Below are positions 28,979-41,300 of a DNA stretch of 64,000 nt, in pieces; the first letter of the stretch is position 1; every line of letters starts with the position of its first letter. The position numbers and the translations under genes are program-made. The notes below the pieces were generated by a model, which saw only the letters and a list, made by a program, of their open reading frames with translations, did not search any database and was not told the DNA's origin. Origin of the DNA: Eledone cirrhosa (lineage: Eukaryota); NCBI GenBank assembly GCA_964016885.1, contig OZ024753.1, positions 18,848,001-18,912,000 of the forward strand. Reading direction: 5' to 3'.

Positions 28979-29053
<75 letters not shown>

Positions 29054-29186
29054 ATAATAATAAATTTGAAGACTAATATCCAAAGAGGGCTCGATAAGGA
29101 TGTATATATATATATATATATATAAAATATTAAAAAAATAATGAATAAAACAATGAAACAGTTCCTTATATTAAACAAAAAAAGTT

Positions 29187-29336
29187 CATTATTTAACGAT
29201 CGTTTCTAGGATATATATGTGTTAGAATTGGCATGCATATTCAACAGATCTATGTACAAAATTATACAAAATTATACAAACTATCAAAATTAAATATACA
29301 TACCAACACATATATATGCCGTCTTCAGAAATAATG
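29187..29336 (-). ncRNA. Type I hammerhead with long stem II
   Basis: rc: cattattt-CTGAAGA-cgg.atatatatgtgtt...aacacatatatatcc.-GAAA-cgatcg-TT-aaataatg (8-bp stem I). Confidence 0.78.
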
Positions 29337-29537
29337 AATCGTTAAATAATGAACTTTTTTTGTTTAATATAAGGAACTGTTTCATTGTTTTATTCATTAT
29401 TTTTTTAATATTTTATCTTGACTCTGTATTCCGTTTATCTTTCACCGAAAGTGATTTTTCATTGCATCTCTTCTTTCCATGATATCCGGATTACATTGAG
29501 TTCTTCATACGGATTGGACAATCAACTATACAGAAGT

Positions 29538-29800
29538 ATGGAGTTGCGTGGTAAAGGTGTTTCACTTTCTGGTATAATGCCGTGGGTTCGATTCCTTGAC
29601 TAGGATGTGTGTTGTGTTCTTGAGCAAAACTCTTCATTTCATATTGCTCCAGTATACTCAGCTGAACTGGAGTACCTGCAGTATCTACGGGTACAACCTT
29701 GCGAGGGACTTGCGTACTGGAAGGGTGTCTTGCTGTCTCAGTGGCTTCACGTGACGGAAACCGGGATAAGCACCGCCCTGATGAGCATCTGGCTTCCATA
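29538..29800 (+). mobile_element. Degenerate tRNA-derived SINE with CORE/V-like domain
   Basis: Box B GGTTCGATTCC; gttgtgttcttgagcaaaactctt core; tail gaaaccgggataagcaccg.cctgatgagc. Confidence 0.7.
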
Positions 29801-29816
29801 CAGGCTATATAGGTAT

Positions 29817-29887
<71 letters not shown>

Positions 29888-29951
29888 TATATATATATAT
29901 ATAGAGATATATAATATTATATGTATATATATAATATTATATATATATATA

Positions 29952-29991
<40 letters not shown>

Positions 29992-30466
29992 ATTAAATAA
30001 ATGGAAAACTATATTTATAAAACCATATTTATTTCATTATATATATTTCGGGGATATCATATTAACAATATGCTATGCCTTCATCAGACAAAATACAATA
30101 TAAACAGTTTTATAGATAAATATATTCGACATACCGTAATAAACATCAACTTCATTTGAAGAGGTTCACTCTAGCAGTGAAAATACAGAGAGAAAGAAAG
30201 AGAGAGAGAAAAGAGGGAAATAGGAAAGAAAGAAAGACAAAACGAAGAAAAGGAAGAAAAAGAAGAAAAAGAAAAAGAAGAAATGCATGGGACAAAATAG
30301 AGAGATGGAAAAATAGATAAAGCGAAGAGCTTCATGTAAAGAGACAGAAAGAGATATATATATATATAGAGAGAGAGAGGAAGTAGAGATAGATACATAT
30401 ATAAATATAGATATAGAAAAATTAGGTAGTGGGAGGTCATTTTGAGTAAGTGTATCAATGATGCAT

Positions 30467-30497
<31 letters not shown>

Positions 30498-31629
30498 GCT
30501 CAAGTATTAATGTAAGGGAGATATATAGAGAGATATAGAGAGATATAGAGAGAGAAAAAATTTAAAAATAGCCAGACATATTCGAGGCGTAGAGAACCCT
30601 ATGTTTTAATGTATTAGTATTTATAAAACTTACAATATATTGTAAATATCAGTATTCCTGAATGAAACAAGTATTCACAATGCGTGAAAATTCATTATCT
30701 TATGTTTAGTTTTTTAAAAAATTCATATGTCTATGTGAATCCAACTGATTCACTCCGCAAATTCAAAGTTACCGGAAAACATTCTCAATGTGGTATAAAA
30801 ATTTGAGCGTATTATTATTCTTACGATTACTCTACAAGATTATCTATCAAGCAGAAATAGAGAGCAGATTTCAATATACTAATCGAAAATATATATTATA
30901 TTATAAGCAGAGATAACAATAATAATGATAATAAGTAAAAATATATAAAAATATAAAAATATAGAATAGAAAACTAAAAGAGAATATTACGAAAGAATAT
31001 TACATAATAAAAATATTGCATATTAAAAATACTACGTATTAAACATATTACGTATTAAAACTTTACATATAAAAATATTAAAAATAAAAAATAAAAATTT
31101 ACATATAAAAATATTAAAAAATATTAAAAATAAAAATAAAATAAAAATAAAATAAAATAAAAAATAAAAATATTATAGAATACTACAATACTAAAAGAAT
31201 AAAAATAAAAATAAAAATAAAAATAAAAATAAAAATAAAAATAAAAATAAAAATAAAAATAAAAATAAAAATAAAAATGAAAATAAAAATAAACCACAAA
31301 GAACAACCCTTCAAAGTTAATTGACAATATATTGCCAAGTTCACTACAAGACAAAGCCAAAAATTATCTATCAAATCACATCTAGCAAGGAATATCGCAA
31401 AAAAAAGATTATGATGTCCAATAATGTCTACATATGCTCCTATATTTAATATATAAGTTTATCAAGTGTAAGGTTAATTCAAAAAATTTGGAGCATCGGC
31501 TTTTAGGGTAGCTTAATTTTTCATGAGGAATGTTTAGATAAAAATAAAAATAAAAATAAAAATAAAAATAAAAATAAATAAAATAAAATAAACAAGAACA
31601 CATAGGTACCACTCAATCTTCAAAAATAA

Positions 31630-32187
31630 ACAAGAACACATAGGTACCACTCAATCTTCAATAGGCATACAATTAAATTAACCTACTCATCCACCAAAAA
31701 TTTAGCACAAAATATTAATAGAATAAATAATAGGAACTTAAAACCTACTGATAATAGCATAAATAATATACAAGTTAACAAATGTAACTGTAGAGATAGA
31801 TCTAAATGTCCGTTAAATAACAACTGCTTAGTTGAAAATATAGTATACAATTGTAATGTTAATACTGACTCTAATTCTTTTAACTACGTCGGTTCCACAT
31901 CGACGGAATTTAAACTTCGCTATAATAACCACAAGAATTCTTTCACAGATCCAAATAAAAAATCTTCAACGGCACTATCAGGTGTACTCTGGCAACTTAA
32001 GCTAGATAACGTTAGATATTCGACGGCTTGGAATATAGTCTCAAGAGGGATTCCTTTTAATTCATCCTCTGAGACATGTGACCTCTGCGCAGAGGAGATA
32101 TTCTTTATACTAAAATCTAAAAAATTCCTTAACCTACGGACAAATTTATTCAGTTGTTGCAAACATAGATTAAACTCAACGTTTTAA
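31630..32187 (+). pseudogene. Naiad-type PLE linker + GIY-YIG domain; open frame without ATG, missed by the ORF track
   Basis: Frame +1: HRYHSIFNRHTIKLTYSSTKNL...CNCRDRSKCPLNNNCLVENIVYNC...YVGSTSTEFKLRYNNHKNSF...TALSGVLWQLK...CDLCAEE...LNLRTNLFSCCKH. Confidence 0.9.
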
Positions 32188-32648
32188 ATATAAATTTAAA
32201 TTTAAAATGTAGTATATTTAGTTTGATTTATATTTATATGAGAACTAGCCGATAATTCTTTTGATTCCTAAATCTTTGATTCCCTCTTTTTACTCTTTTT
32301 ATTGTTTATTTTATTTTATTTATTTTTATTTTTATTTTTATTTTTATTTTTATCTAAACATTCCTCATAGAAAAATTAAGCTACCCTAAAAGCCGATGCT
32401 CCAAATTTTTGAATTAACCTTACACTTGATAAACTTATATATTAAATATAGGAGCATATGTAGACATTATTGGACATCATAATCTTTTTTTTGCGATATT
32501 CCTTGCTAGATGTGATTTGATAGATAATTTTTGGCTTTGTCTTGTAGTGAACTTGGCAATATATTGTCAATTAACTTTGAAGGGTTGTTCTTTGTGGTTT
32601 ATTTTTATTTTCATTTTTATTTTTATTTTTATTTTATTTTTATTTTTA

Positions 32649-32679
<31 letters not shown>

Positions 32680-33377
32680 TTTATTCTTTTAGTATTGTAG
32701 TATTCTATAATATTTTATTTTTTATTTTATTTTATTTTTATTTTATTTTTATTTTTAATATTTTTTAATATTTTTATATGTAAATTTTTATTTTTTATTT
32801 TTAATATTTTTATATGTAATATTCTTAATATTTTTAATACGTAGTATTTTTAATATGCAATATTTTTTATTATGTAATATTCTTTCGTAATATTCTCTTT
32901 TAGTTTTCTATTCTATATTTTTATATTTTTATATATTTTTACTTATTATCATTATTATTGTTATCTCTGCTTATAATATAATATATATTTTCGATTAGTA
33001 TATTGAAATCTGCTCTCTATTTCTGCTTGATAGATAATCTTGTAGAGTAATCGTAAGAATAATAATACGCTCAAATTTTTATACCACATTGAGAATGTTT
33101 TCTGGTAACTTTGAATTTGCGGAGTGAATCAGTTGGATTCACATAGACATATGAATTTTTAAAAAACTAAACATAAGATAATGAATTTTCACGCATTGTG
33201 AATACTTGTTTCATTCAGGAATACTGATATTTACAATATAGTGTAAGTTTTATAAATACTAATACATTAAAACATAGGGTTCTCTACGCCTCGAATATGT
33301 CTGGCTATTTTTAAATTTTTCTCTCTCTATATCTCTCTATATCTCTCTATATATCTCCCTTACATTAATACTTGAGC

Positions 33378-33408
<31 letters not shown>

Positions 33409-33777
33409 ATGCATCATTGATACACTTACTCAAAATGACCTCCCACTACCTAATTTTTCTATATCTATATTTATATATGTATCTATCTCTACTTCCTTCT
33501 CTCTATATATATATATATATCTCTTTCTGTCTCTTTACATGAAGCTCTTCGCTTTATCTATTTTTCCATCTCTCTATTTGTCCCATGCATTTCTTCTTTT
33601 CTTTTTCTTCTTTTTCTTCCTTTTCTTCGTTTTGTCTTTCTTTCTTTCCTATTTCCCTCTTTTCTCTCTCTCTTTCTTTCTCTCTGTATTTTCACTGCTA
33701 GAGTGAACCTCTTCAATGAAGTTGATGTTTATTACGGTATGTCGAATATATTTATCTATAAAACTGTTTATATTGTA

Positions 33778-33840
33778 TTTTGTCTGATGAAGGCATAGCA
33801 TATTGTTAATATGATATCCCCGAAATATATATAATGAAAT
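33778..33840 (+). ncRNA. Type I hammerhead (mirror copy 30032-30093, - strand)
   Basis: tttgt-CTGATGA-agg..catatt/aatatg..ccc-GAAA-tatata-TA-atgaaa. Confidence 0.78.
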
Positions 33841-33969
33841 AAATATGGTTTTATAAATATAGTTTTCCATTTATTTAATATTGTAAATATACTCCAAGTA
33901 TTTGTCGAGTGCTTTTATATCAGTTATAAATATTTACTAGTTGTAACCCAACAATTTTAAATATAACTT

Positions 33970-34605
<636 letters not shown>

Positions 34606-34827
34606 ATTTCTGTATCGAGAGAAAGAAAAAAGGAAAGATAAGCGATACATATATTTAGTTGCCAATAGTTTGTGCAAATGTGCTCAATACTTGTACTATA
34701 GGGTTAAATATCAGAAGCGTTAATATTTAGTAGGCGAGGAAATAATCAGAGCGGTTACAAAAGAAATTAATACAAAGGAGTATATACCGTTAAAACATGT
34801 TTATATAACAATACACACAAACACGTG

Positions 34828-34861
<34 letters not shown>

Positions 34862-34864
<3 letters not shown>

Positions 34865-34992
34865 CGTTTTTGAACCTGTTTTGCAAGATTTCTTATCTGA
34901 AATCGTGTGTTGAAACAAAGATTGTTATACTTTGGAAGGGTCATGCTGCGTGTGTTTTTGTTGGCAACATGACCCTCCCAAAGTATGACAAT
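34862..34992. repeat. Dispersed (TA)n-linked repeat in opposed orientations; copies at 2425-2527 and 4107-4213
   Basis: Shared ggcaacatgaccctcccaaagtat.acaat...caacacac.atttcagata. Confidence 0.75.
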
Positions 34993-35052
34993 ATATATAT
35001 ACATCAATGCGCGTCACCAACCAATAAACGTAATGACGGCTTAACCATCCGT

Positions 35053-35097
<45 letters not shown>

Positions 35098-36434
35098 CGA
35101 AACAACTCAATTGCATGAACTCATAATCCGTTATTTACTGCTTTATATATTTCGATGTTAGCCAATGAATGGCTATGATCTCATCCAGCAGTTAGTCAGT
35201 TCTTAGATATGCCAGCTCTGTGTTTATATTGTTGATGGTATGAGAGCCTTGGGACATATGAGCTTGTTAGGAATAATTTAATGTTGTCAGCAGGAATAGT
35301 CTTCATTCTCATTGGTTAGTTTGTAGATTCTAGTAGGGTTGGTATTTGACCTCAAAGAGGCAGGTGGTGTTGTAAAGTTCAAACCGTCAGGCAAGATGAC
35401 AATAGATCCATATGACTGATTTTCACAAAAAGCATTCCTGGTCAGATATATATTCAATTAAGGTTAATAGTATGAAATAGATACTACATGTCATTCTTAA
35501 ATTGAGGGATGTATGTGGAGTGGTGCTCCTGAAAATTATGGTTAGAATAGAAAAATTTACAAATAAAAAGACTTATGTAGGTTGGCTTGCAGATACACTC
35601 ACACCCACCTCCACAGACACACACACACATCCACACATACACATTGAGGAATTAATGTGTGTGGTAATACTTAAAATAATGGTTAGAGTCAAATACTTAG
35701 ATAGTTTAGAAAAAAAAGACATGTTGGTTGACTTGTACATACACTCACACCTACCCCCTCAGACACACACACATCTACACACACAAATCCATTCAGGTGT
35801 ATATATATATAAATGTACGCACAAGTGCATATATATATATAGAACAGAGGCCCCCAAATCCAAGTATGAGGCAGACATAAAACTAGGTGGGTGTTATTTT
35901 TAAAGAAAAGTAAAGTGGGTGTTTGGAAAAGTTATTGTTTAGACTAGACAAAGGTAGAGTGTGATATATATCTTCACGGCAATAGCCTGGGGGCTTTGGA
36001 GCTTAGGCGAATCCCTTAGTACAGACATATATACCCACCCACAATTTTATACTTCTGGATGCGCGTGTATGTCTATATACAGATGTGCACTCATACAAGA
36101 GAGTATATACAAATATACTCTTAAGCACACACTCGAACATTTATCAATCCAACCTGGGGTATTAGTATTACGTTGCGTTCACATGAGTGTGTATATTCAC
36201 GCAGTCCCAGTATACACACACAATGCACGGTTGCGGGCACTCATTCATGCGTATTGGGATAATTGTTCTTCCTGTGTGGTCCGCTCCCGGTGGGGGGGGG
36301 GTCCTCAGGTTCAATAAAACGTGGTTTTGATGACTCCTAACCAGTAGAGGATCTGGTGGACCATCCACCATAGGGACCACAAACTATGGGTGGTTGTTGT
36401 TGTCCATTGGTCATTGGTACGGCGTGTAGGGGAC

Positions 36435-36688
36435 CTACGGGGGGGGGGGGGGGGGGGCGTTGTGTGAGGCCTTAACCGGGGCTTTTCCATATAGCTTGAG
36501 GAAACTTCCCGTCCTTAGGTGTCTGCAGGCACCGAATATGTCGGCCCTTCTGTTTAATAGCTTGGTCCCGCCATGAAGTATCTCGAGTGTCTCACTAAGG
36601 CAGAGGTTGCAAATACCAGACCCGCCTCTGTCTAAGGGAACCTTTCTAACCACAGACCAGACCAGAGAGTGCGGAGTCTTTTCAAGTT
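36435..36688 (-). mobile_element. Naiad-type PLE GIY-YIG C-terminal fragment
   Basis: HSLVWSVVRK...ICNLCLSETLEIL...LLNRRADIFGACRH; truncated at (TA)n. Confidence 0.8.
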
Positions 36689-36801
36689 TATATATATATA
36701 TATATATATATAATCAAAAGTTTATATGGTTCGTTGATTATTCAACGAATTTAATTTTAAAATAGATTAGAAGCACTCGACATCATTTATCTGGAGTATT
36801 T

Positions 36802-37136
36802 AATATTATTCAAAATATTAATAAATGAAAAATATTCTCATAACCAAAATATATATTTTATTATACATATTTCAAAGGTACAATGGTGTTTAAGTACGTT
36901 TTCATCAGACAAAATATATAAGAGATTGGATATGCGACATACCGCTACGGTTTTGATTTTACCACTACAGAAATTGAATAATCAAAACCGTAGCGGTATG
37001 TCGCATATCCAATCTCTCATATATTTTGTCTGATGAAAACGTACTGAAACTCCATTGTACCTTTGAAATACGTATCATAAAATATATATTTTGGTTATGA
37101 GTATATTTTTCATTTATTAATATTTTGAATAATAAT
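36802..37136. mobile_element. Fold-back palindrome (~160 bp arms) with outward hammerheads (36856-36914 -, 37024-37082 +)
   Basis: + copy: ttttgt-CTGATGA-aaacgtac...gtaccttt-GAAA-tacgta-TC-ataaaa. Confidence 0.85.
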
Positions 37137-37450
37137 ATTTTATATATATCCTAAACCGACGGTAGTCGGTTTAGTAATATTGTTGTCTTAGTGATTTCGT
37201 TGGCAATCGTCTCTTTACAGCATTATTAGAATGTCTTCCGATTATCAAAATCACATGAAAGTTATATGAGCATGGAGAGTAAATCATTGCACATCTCTTA
37301 AGCTAAAAATCTCGAAATTTCGTTCAGCACAAAAAAAGTTATGATCAAAGTTTGCTGAAAAAAACTGTGTTCAAGTGAGTAAGTGAGTGAGTAAGGGTGA
37401 CGCTCTGTGCATTTGATGCATCTCTTGGGACCGGTCAGAGGAGGATAAGG

Positions 37451-38022
37451 GGTTATTCGGGGTGCGGCGCTTATTCGAACCCTCCCCCAGTGACTGCGAT
37501 TATTCGGGGTGAGACGCTTATTCGAACCCCCCCCCCCCCGCTTATTCGAACCCTCCCCCCAGTGACTGCGATTATTCGGGGTGCGGCGCTTATTCGAACC
37601 CTCCCCCCAGTGACTGCGGTTATTCGGGGTGCGGCGCTTATTCGAACCCTCCCCCCAGTGACTGCGATTATTCGGGGTGCGGCGCTTATTCGAACCCTCC
37701 CCCCAGTGACTGCGGTTATTCGGGGTGTATTCGGGGTGCGGCGCTTATTCGAACCCTCCCCCAGTGACTGCGATTATTCGGGGTGAGGCGCTTATTCGAA
37801 CCCCCCCCCCCCCACAGTGACTGCGGTTATTCGGGGTGCGGCGCTTATTCGAACCCCCCCCCCACAGTGACTGCGATTATTCGGGGTGAGGCGCTTATTC
37901 GAACCCTCCCCCAGTGACTGCTGTTATTTGGGGTGAGGGTCTTATTCGAACCCCCCCTAGTGACTGCGGTTATTCGGGGTGCGGTGGTTATTTGAACCCC
38001 CCCCCCCAGTGACTGCGGTTAT
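37451..38022. repeat. ~48-bp GC-rich minisatellite, ~11-12 copies
   Basis: Unit gtgactgcgattattcggggtgcggcgcttattcgaaccctcccccca with a variable C run. Confidence 0.93.
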
Positions 38023-38351
38023 TTTTTTGAATTTGAATTTTAAATGTTGATACAATGTGGCAGTAAACATTAATCATTGAGCTAATAATTAGGAGCTATT
38101 ATGTTCTCCTATCTCGCGATAAGTGGTCACACGTTGCAAACTAGTTGAGGTTGTCTTCTATTTATATTCAAATGAGTAATCACTCACTGCATTGTTCTCT
38201 TTCAAAGCAGTCGCTGATTGATATACTAGAAATTCAGAAAATCATTTGGATTTGTACTAATAGTTGTGAATAGTTGTGCTATTTTTTGTACCGATAGGTG
38301 CGAGTAGTGAACTCATTTGCGATAGGTGCGAATAGTGTGCTCATTTGACAT

Positions 38352-41300
38352 ATGAAAATGACGTCTCTCGGCTTTTTTATCGGATTATTTATTTTGACTA
38401 TTACAAATGAAAAATTTGTTTCCCTGCAAAAGTCTCGCCAAAATGGTCGCAAAAAAAATCGCAAAAGGTCACTTCATACGTTTCGCGGCTTTCGAAAAAA
38501 GTCACCATATACGTTTCGCGGCTTTTTGATCGGCTTATTACTTTTTTGCCTGGCGCGAAAATGCAATATTTCCATTTCGAATGAAACAATTCCACAATCG
38601 GGCAATTCGAATGATGAAATTCACATTCAGGCGGCTTTTTACAAATCCAATAAACGAATTTACCCGATTTCCAATCAGAAATATAGAACACGTGCACTGA
38701 TCTTATCATTGCTTATTATCGGTTGTGTTGAATTAAATCCTGGACCTGAATTTGAATTCAATGAGACTGATAGTGCTTCCGAATGTCCCAAAGATCAAAA
38801 AATTCATAAAGAGAATGAAAAAAGGAGAAAAAATGCCATTAGGAATAGGGAGTATAAAAAACGGAAAGCTGCTGAAATAAAAGAAAAAAGACAATCAGAA
38901 CAAGCAAAACATATGAATAATGCATACCAAAAAGCGCACAGATTGAGGACAGGAGATGAGGGCAAAAGTCAGCATGCATTACATCAAAAGGCGCACAGAT
39001 TGAAGACAGGAGATGATGGCAAAGGTCAGCATGCATGGAATCAAAAGGCGCATAGATTGAGGACAGGAGATGAGGGCAAAAGTCAGAATGCATGGAATCA
39101 AAAGGCACACAGATTGAGGACAGGAGATGAGGGCAAAAGTCAGCATGCATTTCATCAAAAGGCGCACAGATTAAGGACAGGGGAAGAAGGAAAACAGAAA
39201 GAGAGCAGATATTTTTCAAAATATTATTTTACAAATGCACAGTTGATACAACAAAACCACAAATTTTTATACAGAAAAAAACGGATTCGACGATTTAAAG
39301 ACAGTCACATGCAAAGGGAAATAATTTTACACAAATTCACAAAATCTTATTTGGCCTCAGAAATGGACAAACCAAAAAATCGGACACAATATAGGAAGGC
39401 ATTCAAAAAGGGTCTTGAAAAAGTTTCCAAAATATACAGAGAAGCACAGGGAATTCGAAATTTCATGTTTAATGAATTGAAAAAAACAACAGCTTCAGTT
39501 TATGCACACATCAAATTAGCTAAGAAGGAGGGATTGACTGCCTACTGGGGGGAAATATTTTACCATACTTTCACAAATGAACACTTTCTATTCCCAAGAA
39601 GTAAAGTTGATTATTTTCCTCTATCACAACATAAAAATCACAAATTTCTGACTGATGACTGCCCAACAAATGATTGCAAGTGCAAAGATGGTGTCAATGA
39701 ACAGGAATCTGAGGAAGGTGAACAAAGTGAAAAATTGGAACAGGAAGATCTTTTTGATGATGAAAAAAATCCTCAAAAAGCTCCATGTTTGAGTAGATTG
39801 TGCAAATCATGTCCTCCATCAAATTGCCCAGATTCCACAACACGTCTAAAACTAGCTGAACGCATGCACAAGGCCATACATGAACTTTCCCCTGATTTGA
39901 CTGTTTCCCAAATTCGGAAAAAAATGGAAATGTTCGAGCAATGTAAGGGATTCCATAGGGACAACATGTATTGCATAGGACAGTCTGACTGCACAAATGG
40001 ACTTGAATTGATTCGAAGTATGGCCCCTCATTCTCCTCGAATTCGGACATTACTGAGATGCGTGTACAAAGTGCGATCAGTGTGCATTTGGCTCGACTCA
40101 TATGACATTTCCATTTTGCAAGGCAATTGGCCAATGTTTCACGATCTAATTGATCCAGAAAACATGTCCAAAGGTCTATTAGGTCGGTTGAATGAAATAG
40201 TGGAAGGTGAAAATGACCAACTGCATTCTGAATCCACAGTCATGGCCACTTTTGCATCAATTATCAAACACTTTAATAAAGAAATTCAAAAAATGAAAAT
40301 CAACACCTGTGACATTTGTAAACAACGAGAACTAGATTCGAACCTAAAAGTCTGGATGGAATGGAGTCTTTTGAAAAACCCCAATCTCCTGGAAATTATT
40401 CAACAACACTACCAGCTACCATGCACAATTTGCTTGTCATGTAGAAATAGTCTTTGCAAACAGGAAATACCATCATTGGCCTCTATCAATGGTCTAGAAG
40501 TTGTCAAAGTTCCAGATGTGGTGGCAAAGTTGAACATGTATGAGCGGATTCTGATCCAAAGGGCCAAATGCTTCATCAATGTTATTAAACTGTCACCCTA
40601 TCGTTTCAAAGGTGCACCATCAGATCTAGTGGCCGCAATTAAAGGAATAGCAACTCACATGCCACTACCTGTAGAAAACACAATCAATCATGTCATGAAA
40701 ACACTACCATCCAATCAAAATGATGCATTTGAAATCATTGTTGACAGCCTTCCAACTAAAAAGGGCACAATTTGGCGATCCCTGGTAAATATGCAAAATG
40801 TTTTTGATGCCTTGGAATGGCTGAAAAACAACAATGAAATCTACAGTGACATTTTGATTGACAGAAGCACAAATCTAGAGGAAATTGTTACATGCACTGG
40901 GGAGAATATTTCCACCAATTTCTCACACATTCTCACACAAACAGGTGCAGAAACAGTTTATGAACACCATACTGTACAACAAATACATCCTGCACTCCCA
41001 AACCAAAAGGACCTTGAACTGTTTCGAATGAAACGAGTTGAAGGCACCCTAATACAGGACAATGATCCAAATCTCGATCTCATGTGCTTTCCCCACTTAT
41101 TCCCAAAAGGAAAATTTGGAATGATGCACATGAACAGACCCTATGCCAGAGTAAAGCCATATATGTTTGTGAGAAACAGACTCCGACATGAAGACCCACG
41201 GTTTCGTCGTGATATTCAGTACATTCTCTACAACTTGGACAAAGCTGACAAAAGGGCACTTGATTCTGGCATTTATGCAGTAATGAAGTCACTTAAAACA

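Noticed and set aside
29755-29800. GAAAC...CTGATGAG in the SINE tail as a hammerhead
   Set aside because: No consistent stems I-III could be formed; ordinary SINE tail
32188-32300. SECIS element (some Naiad PLEs encode selenoproteins)
   Set aside because: No in-frame UGA in the fragment, and the ATGA...TGA spacing is too short for a SECIS
37397-37786. ORF with GAALIRTLPPVTA repeats
   Set aside because: By-product of the 48-bp minisatellite; frame broken by variable C runs
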